A model generated the notes under the pieces. It saw only the letters and a list, made by a program, of their open reading frames with translations, had not been told where the DNA came from and did no database searches. 32,000 bases of DNA. Origin: Candidatus Helarchaeota ASGARD archaeon Hel_GB_B (lineage in GTDB: Archaea; Asgardarchaeota; Lokiarchaeia; Helarchaeales; HEL-GB-B). The position numbers and the translations under genes are program-made. The stretch is taken from the NCBI GenBank assembly GCA_005191425.1, contig SUPR01000012.1, forward strand, positions 18,981 to 50,980, given 5' to 3'. The first letter of the stretch is position 1. The number at the start of each line of letters is the position of its first letter. Positions 19,827-29,324 of the stretch are shown here, piece by piece.

Positions 19827-21437
19827 ATGTTATTTGTTAAATATTATTTCCATTTAAATTTAAGTAAAAAAATCATGAATTTTCTATTCTTAATTATCTT
19901 AATTTCATCACTTGGATTTTTAACGATCGGATCAATAAATTTTCCTATTATTAAGACAATTCAACCATTAAATAATAATAATCCATTAAACTTCAAAACC
20001 CAATCATTTGCCAAACATAAAGATTTTATAGTGATTTGTGTTGAATTTTCAAATAGACCTGCTTCGACCAATCCTTCCTCAATAATGAGCAAAATTTCAA
20101 AAATGGAAGATTATTACAATGAAATTTCTTATGGACTATTAAATATTTCAGGGACATTGGCGGTGCCTTCGGGGTATGATCCAGATGGAGATGGATGGTA
20201 TAATGTTGGGAAATATGATGTTTATTATAATTTTAGTAATTCTGTTGGTTCTAGAGATTTCTTAAAAAGGGTGTATACTGTCGCAGACCCAGATGTTTAT
20301 TTTGCGAAATATAAATATATTATGATAATTTGTGCTGGTAATGATATGGCACAATCATATAACCCAAATGATCTTCATAGCCACTTTATTTCATTTTCAC
20401 CTGGAATAATTAAAGATTTAAGATCAATAACAAATTCAACTATTACCGCCGAATTAGACCCATTTTCTGTTTATTGTCATGAATTCGGGCATGCCCTAGG
20501 ACTTCCTGATCTTTATGATATTGATAACGATGGAATTAATGAGTATTTTGTCGGAAGATATGCATTAATGGCACAAGGTAGTTGGAATGGTGGAGGTCAA
20601 GTTCCAGCTGGAATGATGGGATTCAGTAGGATGAATTTGTCTATTTTAGATGTTTCAGCCACCGTTCTTAATAATACCCATAAACAAGTAAAATTGTATT
20701 CTTTATCTGAAACAAATAATAGTGCATTAATTAAAATTCCAATAACAGGGTCTAAATATTATCTAATAGATTATAGAAAAAAGGTAGAGACTGATAGAGC
20801 ATTACCAGACCAAGGTGTTATAATATCTTATGTAGACGAATCAAAAGGATCTCATTGGAATGGCACCGTGATGTGGCAAAAAAATGGACCAGTTAGAATT
20901 CAAGATGCACATCCTTTAACTTCAGGTGTAAATGGATTAGATGACGCCCCTTTTGATATTGGAATTAACGAAATTTCTTATTTTAATGACAATACCAATA
21001 ATGTCCATATAGTATTACTGCAAAAAAATGGTTCAGACTATTATACTATTGATATTGACAGAACAAACTCAACTACCGATTTAACGCCTCCGACCACAGA
21101 TGTTGTTGTAAATGGTTGGTATTCTGGAAATACTATTTTTATGGGTTCAATTCAATTAGCACCTTATGATTTTAAATCAGGGATAAATAAAACATATTAT
21201 AGAATTAATAATGGTCCATGGCAAAATTATAATAAATATATTATACCACCGTTCTCTTTTCTACCGACTACATATCTTATAGAATATTATTCAACAGATA
21301 ATAATGGGAACATAGAATCAATTAAATCTGTTTCAATTACAATGAATAATATTTTTCTTTTATTAATTATTGGTTTAATAATTGGCTTAGTGATTTTCCT
21401 CATAATTTATAAATTAAGTAAATCTAAAAAGAAATAA
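19827..21437 (+). CDS. M6-family (immune inhibitor A-like) Zn metalloprotease, membrane anchored
   Basis: HEFGHALGLPDLYD zinc motif, ALMAQGSWNG Met-turn, N-terminal TM, C-terminal beta-sandwich (SGINKTYYRIN...YYSTDNNGNIE) and TM. Confidence 0.88.
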   Translation: MLFVKYYFHLNLSKKIMNFLFLIILISSLGFLTIGSINFPIIKTIQPLNNNNPLNFKTQSFAKHKDFIVICVEFSNRPASTNPSSIMSKISKMEDYYNEISYGLLNISGTLAVPSGYDPDGDGWYNVGKYDVYYNFSNSVGSRDFLKRVYTVADPDVYFAKYKYIMIICAGNDMAQSYNPNDLHSHFISFSPGIIKDLRSITNSTITAELDPFSVYCHEFGHALGLPDLYDIDNDGINEYFVGRYALMAQGSWNGGGQVPAGMMGFSRMNLSILDVSATVLNNTHKQVKLYSLSETNNSALIKIPITGSKYYLIDYRKKVETDRALPDQGVIISYVDESKGSHWNGTVMWQKNGPVRIQDAHPLTSGVNGLDDAPFDIGINEISYFNDNTNNVHIVLLQKNGSDYYTIDIDRTNSTTDLTPPTTDVVVNGWYSGNTIFMGSIQLAPYDFKSGINKTYYRINNGPWQNYNKYIIPPFSFLPTTYLIEYYSTDNNGNIESIKSVSITMNNIFLLLIIGLIIGLVIFLIIYKLSKSKKK

Positions 21438-21471
21438 AACAAATCAATAATTTTTTAAAATTCAATTTTTT

Positions 21472-22161
21472 TTATTTTCCTCTTATTCCATAATATATTA
21501 AAAATGCCCCAACTATTCCAGATATTTGAAAAATTAGCCCGAATGAAGATATTATAATAAGAATATGAAGGTTATAAATAATTGCCCAAATATAGAATAT
21601 GTCTAACAAGGTAATACCAATAATAAAAAATTTGAATTTTTGACGGACAATTCCTGTAGTTTCATTAAATACTTTCAAAGAAATTAAAAGTTGTAATAAA
21701 TATATGGATTGGCTAAAAATGAATTGATAAGTCCCAAAAAGAATTGACCAGTGAGGTTCATAATCAATAGTAATTGAAACTCCATTTGGTATACAATAAA
21801 GTCCAAGATTAAGTATAATAAGTGTAATAGTCATTAGAATAATTTTTTTATCTTGAAAAAGCTTTTTATTTCCGAAGTGAAAAATAAAGACTCCTAACAA
21901 CAAAAATATAGATGCAAAATTTAAAATTATTATTCCAATTTTGTTTAAAATAATAATAACAAATGGGATAAGAAAAAACAGATAGAGAATTTGAATGACA
22001 CCAATAATTGAAGTACATATAAAAAAAATAATAAAAAAATGGTTAACTCTGTGATATGGATTTATTCTCCACAATGAAAAAGCAAGACTTAAAAATATAA
22101 TAATAAATAATAAGGCAAAAATTGAAATTACGATAACTCTTGAAGTAAGTAAATCAAACAT
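21472..22161 (-). CDS. Multi-pass (about 6-7 TM) membrane protein
   Basis: Alternating hydrophobic segments over 229 aa. Confidence 0.75.
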   Translation of the reverse strand: MFDLLTSRVIVISIFALLFIIIFLSLAFSLWRINPYHRVNHFFIIFFICTSIIGVIQILYLFFLIPFVIIILNKIGIIILNFASIFLLLGVFIFHFGNKKLFQDKKIILMTITLIILNLGLYCIPNGVSITIDYEPHWSILFGTYQFIFSQSIYLLQLLISLKVFNETTGIVRQKFKFFIIGITLLDIFYIWAIIYNLHILIIISSFGLIFQISGIVGAFLIYYGIRGK

Positions 22162-22520
22162 TAAAGCTAGTCCTCAAATTGTATTGATATCTATTAATAA
22201 TATTTGTAAAAATTCATTAATGAATTATTATAAATTTTTTTTCAAATTAATACCCAATTAAATTTTTTGTATTCTTTATAAAATGCAATTAAAACATATT
22301 TTAGTTATATACTAATTATATTTTAATAATATTTCAGATAGAAATTAAGGATATTTTTTTGAATTGTTAAAAATTAGCCAATTTAAATTAAAATATTTAG
22401 AATCAATTGCTAATAAATTATCAATTTCGAAAGAAAATTTATATTTTAATATATAGTCGGAAATTGATTTATAGATTTTAAGAAAAAGGATATAAATAAA
22501 TGTTTTTAAAAGAAGGTTAT

Positions 22521-22527
22521 AAAAAAA
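22521..22527 (-). terminator. Candidate oligo-T terminator of the hdr operon
   Basis: T7 run on the minus strand 3 nt after the mvhD stop, followed by further U-rich tracts. Confidence 0.35.
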
Positions 22528-22529
22528 GA

Positions 22530-22943
22530 TTATTTATTGAATGGACCTAATTCTTTAATTTGGTTAGTAAAATCTCTAATTAAATTAGCGAATTTCATTC
22601 CTTCAGCGGCAGAAACCCATTCTAATCTTATACGTTTTGGGTCGATGCCCATTAATTTAATAATTTCTTGAGTTTTCTTAAATCTCTTTTCTGCATACTC
22701 ATTTCCGCTGATATAATGGCAATCTCCAATGTGGCAGCCACAGACAAGAACGCCATCTGCACCGTTTTTAAGAGAACGTAAAATAAATGATGGTTGGACT
22801 CTACCCGAGCACATAACTCTTATAATTCTTACAGTCGGAGGATATTGAAATCTGCTTACTCCGGCTAAATCTGCGCCTGCGTATCCACACCAATTGCATA
22901 AAAATGCTACAATTCTAGGCGTAAATTCTTTATTATTATTCAT
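22530..22943 (-). CDS. mvhD: MvhD (hydrogenase/Hdr [2Fe-2S] delta subunit), all-Cys form
   Basis: FLCNWCGYAGAD, RVMCSGRV, GCHIGDCHY. Confidence 0.95.
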   Translation of the reverse strand: MNNNKEFTPRIVAFLCNWCGYAGADLAGVSRFQYPPTVRIIRVMCSGRVQPSFILRSLKNGADGVLVCGCHIGDCHYISGNEYAEKRFKKTQEIIKLMGIDPKRIRLEWVSAAEGMKFANLIRDFTNQIKELGPFNK

Positions 22944-25900
22944 TTTTTATTTCACCCAATTTGATTTCTTCATTTTCTAATAAATAAGCATCAATCATAG
23001 AATTTAATTGGTCAGTGGTAAAGTGTCGAGCTGTAATGGCATCGACTGGACATTCAACTGAACAGGTACCGCACCCTTTACACATAGCTTGAATAATTCG
23101 GGATTTTTCTTCTTGTAATATTACATTTTCGAATGTTTTTTCGACTACATATCTTTCGATGGCGCTATAAGGACAAACTTCTGCGCATCTACCGCAACCA
23201 ATACATTTTGCTTCATCAATTATCATAGTAGTGCCGACTGTAATGATTTTACCTCTTGCTAACAATTGACACGCACGAGCCGCTGCTCCGGAAGCTTGAG
23301 AGACGCATTCTTCTATTGATTTTGGCCATTGAGCTGCACCACATAAAAATACTCCATCAGTAGCAAAATCAAGTGGTCTTAATTTAACATGTGCCTCTAA
23401 AAAGAATGGAGGTATTCCGCGCATAACTGGAACTTTTAAAAATTGTGATATTTCTTCAGCATCTTCATGGGGTACCATTGGGGTTGTCAATACTAGTAAA
23501 TCTGTTTCTATAGAGGTATTACTTTGGGTAAGCATGTTGAAAAATTCAATTAATAATTTATCGCCTTTTTTAGAGACTTTTGGTAATTTATCTAATGTAT
23601 ATCTTGTAAAAAGAACATTTTGTCTAACTTCGCGATAAAATTCTTCGGAACTTTTACCTGCCATCTGAATATCTCTATAAAGAATAGTAACATCGATATC
23701 TGGATTTGATTTTTTAATTAGATAAGCATTTTTAATTGAAGTCCCGCAGCAAATTTTTGAACAATAAGTATATTCTCCATCATTTTGACGTGCACTTACA
23801 CAAAGGATCATTACTACGCTTTTAATATTACCTAGCGAATTTTCTTTTAATTTTTTCTCCAAATCCATTTGTGTTATTACATTAGGATATTTTCCATAAC
23901 CAAACAATCCATCAGGTTTTAATTCTTTACCACCAGATGCAACTATAACTGTACCAACTTCTATATGGTGGACTTGATCTCCTTGTTGGGCTTCGATTTG
24001 GAAATTACCTACATATCCGCTTACTTTACTTAAAGTAGTATTAGTTAGGACTTTGATTTTAGGATGCGTTTCAATTTTTTGTTTTAGTTCTTGTAATAAT
24101 GCTTCTGCATCGTCCATTGACGGGAATATACGGTATAAATTTTTCATAATCCCACCTAATTCGGGTTCGCGTTCGATAATAAATGCTTCAAATCCCTCAT
24201 TAGCCACACTTAAAGCTGCAGACATACCTGAGATGCCGCCTCCAATTATCAAAGCTTTTTTGATGACAGAAACTTCTCCCTGTTTTAAAGGTTTTAATTT
24301 CCTAGATTTAGCAACAGTCATACGAATTAAATCTATTGCTTTTTGTGTAGCTGCTTCAGGTTCTTGCATATGAACCCAGGAGCATTGGTCCCTTATATTT
24401 ACCAACTCGAACAAATAGGGATTTAGACCAGCTTCTCGACAAGTTAGAGCAAATAGAGGTTCATGAGTTCTAGGAGTGCATGAAGCGACAATAAATCGAT
24501 TTAAATTATATTCCTTAATTAATTCTTTGATTCGTTCTTGAGAATCGCTTGAACATGAATAAAGATTGTCTTCGCAAATTACTACATTTGGAAGTTTTTT
24601 AATATTTTCGACTACTTCTTTAACTCTGACAATTCCACCAATATTAATTCCACAGTGGCAGACCATTACACCAATTCTAGGTTCATCTTCAGGTAGTACT
24701 TCTTTTTCAGGTTCTTCAAATGTCATTTCTTTTGCTAAAGTGCCTCTAACTGGTGCAAGTAACTCTGCGACTTTTCCAGCTGCAGAACTTGCATCTGCGA
24801 CGGATTCTGGGATATCTTTTGGCGCCTGCCCGTATCCGCAAATAAAAATTCCAGGTCGATTTGTTTCAGAAGGATTTAATTCAGACAATTCTTTATAAAA
24901 GCCTCTGTGGTCAAATTCAATTCCGAGAATTTTAGCCAATTCTTGAGACCCTTCTGATGGGATTAATGCAGTAGCTAAAACAACTAAATTAGCTCGGTAT
25001 GTAATAGATTCTCCAGTTTTCATATTTTCTGCATGTATGATTAAATCTTGGGTTTCTGGGTCTTCTTCAATAAATGAAACCCGTCCATCAATATATTTAA
25101 CGCCATATTCATTTTGGGCGCGTTGAATAAATTCGTTAAAACCTTTTCCATAGGCACGAACATCACTCTTAAAAACAACACATTCAGTACTTGGTGCATG
25201 TTCTTTAGTAATCATACACTCTTTAGCAATATACATACAGCAAACGCTTGAACAATATGGAACTCCTTCCGTAGCACTTCTAGAACCAACACATGAAACA
25301 AATGCAATTCTATGGGGATGAGTTTTATCCGATGGTCTTAATATTTCACCTTGATAAGGGCCTGATGCACACATTATCCTTTCAAATTCTAATCCAGTAA
25401 CTACATTTGGATACTGATAGCCATATCTTGGAATTCTACCAGGGTCAAATTGGTCAAATCCGGTAACTGCGACTATTGCACCAACTTTAATTTTGCGATA
25501 TTCTGGTTTCATATCATAATTAATTGCCCCAATGTCGCACTGTTTTTCACAAGCTCCGCATTTATCTTTAGTGAGTTTAAGACAATTTTCTGGGTCAATT
25601 AAATAAACAGGTGGGACAGCTTGAGGAAATGGAATATATATAGCGCCTCTTGTTTGTAAGCCCATATTAAACTCGTCAGGGATTTTTAATAATTTTTGAG
25701 CTGGACATTTCATTGCACATTTACCACAACCTTTGCATTTAGTTTCATCGACATACCGTGGTTTTTTTAATACCGTCACTTCAAAATTTCCCACGTCACC
25801 ATCAACTTTAACAACTTCATGATAGGTTAATAGTTCGATATTTGGATGTCGAAAAACCTCGACCATTTTCGGTGCTAAAATACATAATGAACAATCGTTA

Positions 25901-26067
25901 GTTGGAAATGTTTTATCAAGTTGTGCCATTCTACCGCCAATAGAGGGAGATTTTTCTACAAGATAAACCCTAAAACCAGAATTAGCAAGGTCAAGTGATG
26001 CTTGCATTCCTGCAACGCCGCCACCTATGACCATTGCAGCTCCAATTCTTTCATCAAATTTACTCAT
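22936..26067 (-). CDS. hdrA: Large HdrA-like flavoprotein (two FAD-type domains, internal 'N-terminal' module), all-Cys form
   Basis: GGGVAG, TFPTNDCSLCILAPK, CKGCGKC, YCSSVCC, internal IGVMVCHCGINIG and ASCTPRTHE, second GGGISG, C-terminal 2x[4Fe-4S]. Confidence 0.93.
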   Translation of the reverse strand: MSKFDERIGAAMVIGGGVAGMQASLDLANSGFRVYLVEKSPSIGGRMAQLDKTFPTNDCSLCILAPKMVEVFRHPNIELLTYHEVVKVDGDVGNFEVTVLKKPRYVDETKCKGCGKCAMKCPAQKLLKIPDEFNMGLQTRGAIYIPFPQAVPPVYLIDPENCLKLTKDKCGACEKQCDIGAINYDMKPEYRKIKVGAIVAVTGFDQFDPGRIPRYGYQYPNVVTGLEFERIMCASGPYQGEILRPSDKTHPHRIAFVSCVGSRSATEGVPYCSSVCCMYIAKECMITKEHAPSTECVVFKSDVRAYGKGFNEFIQRAQNEYGVKYIDGRVSFIEEDPETQDLIIHAENMKTGESITYRANLVVLATALIPSEGSQELAKILGIEFDHRGFYKELSELNPSETNRPGIFICGYGQAPKDIPESVADASSAAGKVAELLAPVRGTLAKEMTFEEPEKEVLPEDEPRIGVMVCHCGINIGGIVRVKEVVENIKKLPNVVICEDNLYSCSSDSQERIKELIKEYNLNRFIVASCTPRTHEPLFALTCREAGLNPYLFELVNIRDQCSWVHMQEPEAATQKAIDLIRMTVAKSRKLKPLKQGEVSVIKKALIIGGGISGMSAALSVANEGFEAFIIEREPELGGIMKNLYRIFPSMDDAEALLQELKQKIETHPKIKVLTNTTLSKVSGYVGNFQIEAQQGDQVHHIEVGTVIVASGGKELKPDGLFGYGKYPNVITQMDLEKKLKENSLGNIKSVVMILCVSARQNDGEYTYCSKICCGTSIKNAYLIKKSNPDIDVTILYRDIQMAGKSSEEFYREVRQNVLFTRYTLDKLPKVSKKGDKLLIEFFNMLTQSNTSIETDLLVLTTPMVPHEDAEEISQFLKVPVMRGIPPFFLEAHVKLRPLDFATDGVFLCGAAQWPKSIEECVSQASGAAARACQLLARGKIITVGTTMIIDEAKCIGCGRCAEVCPYSAIERYVVEKTFENVILQEEKSRIIQAMCKGCGTCSVECPVDAITARHFTTDQLNSMIDAYLLENEEIKLGEIKNE

Positions 26068-27226
26068 TTAATAACCCCATTGCTTTTGCTACTAATGTAA
26101 TAATATCTTCAACTTCTACATTAATACGTTCTAATTCAGAACTTTTTTTCTCAGATAATGTGCAATTAAAATGGATTTGACATTTAGAGCAAGTAGTAAT
26201 TAAGCAACCCGCTGTTCTCTCGGCTTCTTTTAAGCGGTCGACCCGGATTGCTTTTGAATAATCATTACAATAATTAAAAGCACTTACTCCACAGCATTGT
26301 GAATTTTCTCTAATTCGTTCCATTTCTTTAAAAACAACTCCAACTTCTTTTAAAGCTTTTAAAATTTTTCGCGGAGCCTCATATTCACCCATATGTCTAC
26401 CAAGCCTACAAGGGTCATGATAAGTAACAGTTTTTTCAATTTTTTCTTTAAATTTCAAATTCCCTTTCTCTAATTCTTCTGCCATAAATTGTGTTATATG
26501 TTGAACTTTAAAAGGAAGTTCCCCGAATAATTCGCGATAATCTAATGCTAAAGTCCGATAATCTTCAGCACATGAAGTAATTACTAATCTAATGCCTGAT
26601 TTTTCAATATAATCAATGTTATATTTGGCCAATTTTTTAAAAGTTTCATAATCACCTTGCCAAAGAACATCGTGTCCACTGGGTTTTGCCTTGTCCAAAA
26701 GTACTAATGGTTTTTCTAAAAGATTGTCCAGTATTAATATAGCACTTTTAATTATTTTAGCAAAATCCATTCCTATATCATCAAAATAAGCGCCAAGAAT
26801 TGGAAGTACACCAGGAAAATACCCGACTTCACCTTTATCAGCAAGTCTAACCCCACTTGGGATATATTCTTCCGGAAAATTCGGGACTATACCATCCCTT
26901 GATAAAATATTTGAAACATTTGAAACAAAACAATCATGCGCTTCTTCTACTCTAAACCCTTGTTTGAATAATTCAATTCGTGCAGAACGTATAAATTCTC
27001 CGAAATTTACATTTTGGGGACACTTTTGCAGACAATAATTACAAGTTAGACACGCTAACAAATTATTCTTTTTTAGAATTTCTGTTGGATTGGGATTAGT
27101 TAGGAAATCGAAAATTATCTCACGAGGTGAAAAAGGTTGGTTGTAAGATACCGGACAACAACCTGAACATGTCCCGCATTGATAGCAGTAACTAACTTGT
27201 TTTTTTAAATCAAAACTAAGACTCAT
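26060..27226 (-). CDS. HdrD-like protein: HdrC-type ferredoxin plus CCG domains (first CCG degenerate)
   Basis: CYQCGTCSGCC, CLTCNYCLQKCP; YHDPCRLGRH, CCG, CSKC. Confidence 0.85.
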   Translation of the reverse strand: MSLSFDLKKQVSYCYQCGTCSGCCPVSYNQPFSPREIIFDFLTNPNPTEILKKNNLLACLTCNYCLQKCPQNVNFGEFIRSARIELFKQGFRVEEAHDCFVSNVSNILSRDGIVPNFPEEYIPSGVRLADKGEVGYFPGVLPILGAYFDDIGMDFAKIIKSAILILDNLLEKPLVLLDKAKPSGHDVLWQGDYETFKKLAKYNIDYIEKSGIRLVITSCAEDYRTLALDYRELFGELPFKVQHITQFMAEELEKGNLKFKEKIEKTVTYHDPCRLGRHMGEYEAPRKILKALKEVGVVFKEMERIRENSQCCGVSAFNYCNDYSKAIRVDRLKEAERTAGCLITTCSKCQIHFNCTLSEKKSSELERINVEVEDIITLVAKAMGLLNE

Positions 27227-28746
27227 TTTTCCTCGACCTTTATAATATTTTTAAGTGAGTTATAATAATAAAGGGGCGCCTTATCAATAATTTTAGAAAT
27301 GCTTTTGAAATTTCGAGTTCTTTTTCCTTTCGCAAGTTTTTCTATCAGTGGTATTCCAAAAGGTTTATCGCTAGGTATTTCCTTTACTTGAAAATAGTTT
27401 TCTTGGAGTGCCTCAGTATATAATTTTTCCCCTTTTTCGGTACGGACCACTACAGTAGACCATCCTGGACCTGAGCCTATAGAACCACAAGATATATCTG
27501 ATAATTCATTAGTAAGGTCAACGCAATAATGACATGCTGTGCGTGCTAAAGAAGTTACTTCTTTTATTGGTACTTCAACTGGTTCTTTATCTAAATTATA
27601 AACATAGAATTTCCCTTTATTAATGTCCATTTTTGATACATTATTAATAGGTGTTTTACATATTTCTTCTGAAATTTTTACCACGTTGTTATATGCAAAA
27701 GTTTCCATACAAAATATTCCAATGACATATTCAATAGAACCCCAAATTTTATTGTAAATGTTCGAAAAAACTTGATATTTTCGCATGGCTTGAATTTGAC
27801 AAGGTGTACCTACAAAAGCCAATTTTTTAATTCCAAGTTCTTGAGCAGTATTTAAAGCATCAAAAGTAGGTGCTACTGCATATTTAGTACCTGCTGTTTC
27901 TAAAAGCGCTTCAAAGTTTTTCACAATAACTGGCATTGTATTCCAGGAATTTTTTGCTCTTTTTACTACAACAGCTCCGTCAATAGATTTTTTATCAAAT
28001 AAATATTTTAAAAAAGTAGTAACCATTCCACCATCTTGGCAGACTTCTTTTATTTTTGTATCTTGTGTTTGTGCTGATTTTAATATTCTGTAAGGGCCAA
28101 ATGGCTGGCTATTTAGATCTGAATAAAGATTATATTTTTCTCCAGTAGTATATTCTTTTAGCAAATTTAAAGGTAGAAAGGTCCTTGGGCAATGGAAATT
28201 ACATAGACCACAATGAATACATTTCGATTCATCAATTATTGGTCCGTTATCTTTAATTTCAATTGCACCTACAGGGCATATAGCTTTGCAGGCACCGCAC
28301 ATACAACATAAATCATTTTCTACAATTATGTTAATTGGATCATAGACCGATCGTATACTCCATGGGCTTATTAAGTCCATTGATAAATTTTGCTCATCAT
28401 GTGTCAAAAATAACTTGACACCGTATATCATATTATCAATGTCTCTTAACTCAATCCATCTTTCATTTTGAAGGAGAATTATATTTTTGGAAACAATGAA
28501 TTCCGGAAGATCTAAAGCCTTGCTCAATTCTGGAATAGATGCCGATCCCTTTAATAAAATATATAATAATATACGATATTTATCTATTTCAGAAAGCATT
28601 AATTTATCTAATATTGAATCAACATCATCGGGATGTAATTTTTTCGCATCTTCAATATCAGTTTTATTTTCAAGAAGTGCTCTAACAAACAAACTTCCTG
28701 CATAAGCTTCAGTAGTTGCATTTAACAATTCTTTTGAGATATTCGT
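27223..28746 (-). CDS. wHTH-ferredoxin-FrhB/FdhB (F420 hydrogenase/dehydrogenase beta) fusion; start ACG 28746 or TTG 28728
   Basis: CCMCGAC and CIHCGLC ferredoxin; QDGGMVT, VGTPCQI, GIFCME, ACHYCVD and DISCGSIG FrhB motifs; N-terminal SIPELSKALDLPEFIVSKNI helix-turn-helix pattern. Confidence 0.88.
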   Translation of the reverse strand, partial: TNISKELLNATTEAYAGSLFVRALLENKTDIEDAKKLHPDDVDSILDKLMLSEIDKYRILLYILLKGSASIPELSKALDLPEFIVSKNIILLQNERWIELRDIDNMIYGVKLFLTHDEQNLSMDLISPWSIRSVYDPINIIVENDLCCMCGACKAICPVGAIEIKDNGPIIDESKCIHCGLCNFHCPRTFLPLNLLKEYTTGEKYNLYSDLNSQPFGPYRILKSAQTQDTKIKEVCQDGGMVTTFLKYLFDKKSIDGAVVVKRAKNSWNTMPVIVKNFEALLETAGTKYAVAPTFDALNTAQELGIKKLAFVGTPCQIQAMRKYQVFSNIYNKIWGSIEYVIGIFCMETFAYNNVVKISEEICKTPINNVSKMDINKGKFYVYNLDKEPVEVPIKEVTSLARTACHYCVDLTNELSDISCGSIGSGPGWSTVVVRTEKGEKLYTEALQENYFQVKEIPSDKPFGIPLIEKLAKGKRTRNFKSISKIIDKAPLYYYNSLKNIIKVEEK

Positions 28747-28789
28747 TTCTAATTACCTCCATTACATAAGAGGGTTTTTAATAATTTGT

Positions 28790-28867
28790 AATTATTTACC
28801 CTTCGCATTTAAGGGTTGTCCTCTCGAACCTTAAATTTTTATTGTTCGAGGATCATTCCAAATAATT
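28790..28867 (-). ncRNA. SECIS-like cis-element 3' of vhuD
   Basis: AUGA(28856-53) UC CUCGAAC / A-rich 14-nt loop / GUUCGAG AG GAC, then hairpin ACCCUU-AAAUGCG-AAGGGU, enclosed by AAUUAUUU/AAAUAAUU. Confidence 0.75.
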
Positions 28868-29274
28868 TAATAACGAAGCGGATTTGGGCCGACTCTTTTT
28901 AATTTTTCCATTGTATCTTTAATGGATTCAAGAAATACATTGAATTCAGCAGCACCACATTCATATAAATTTAACCTGCTTTCTCCAAGGGTTAATTCGT
29001 CTAATAGTCGCTTTACAAATTTTATTCGATTTAATGCTTTAATATTTCCATTTATAAAATCACATTCGCCAATATGTCAAGAAATGACCATAACGGCATC
29101 TGCACCCATTCTAAATGCGTGTAATATGTGATATGCATCAACTCGACCTGTACATCTTACTCTGATAATTCGGACATCTGTTGGATATTTATTTCTGGTC
29201 ACACCTGCCAAGTCAGCCGCACCATAACCTCATTTATTACATGCGAATGCTACAATCTTATATTTCTCATTCAT
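28867..29274 (-). CDS. vhuD: Selenoprotein VhuD/MvhD with two Sec (U15, U66); missing from the ORF track
   Basis: MNEKYKIVAFACNK-U-GYGAADLAG...RCTGRV...GADAVMVIS-U-HIGECDF...GPNPLRY*. TGA at 29230-29232 and 29077-29079 align with Cys in CNWC and GCHIGDC of the paralog at 22530..22943. Confidence 0.92.
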
Positions 29275-29324
29275 TTTATTTTCCTTTTTTAAATTTTTTA
29301 ATTATATTTAATTATAATTTAATA

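Noticed and set aside
27223-27226. Readthrough of the frhB TGA because SECIS elements share the transcript
   Set aside because: It is a standard ATGA stop/start overlap with hdrD-like, is not at a Cys position, and readthrough would add only a few residues before TAA.
28682-28762. Alternative frame MEVIRNEYLKRIVKCNY*SLCRKFVC* as a CxxU selenopeptide
   Set aside because: Overlaps the FrhB N-terminus, its ATG has no SD and itself overlaps the FrhB SD, and nothing supports it beyond chance Cys content.
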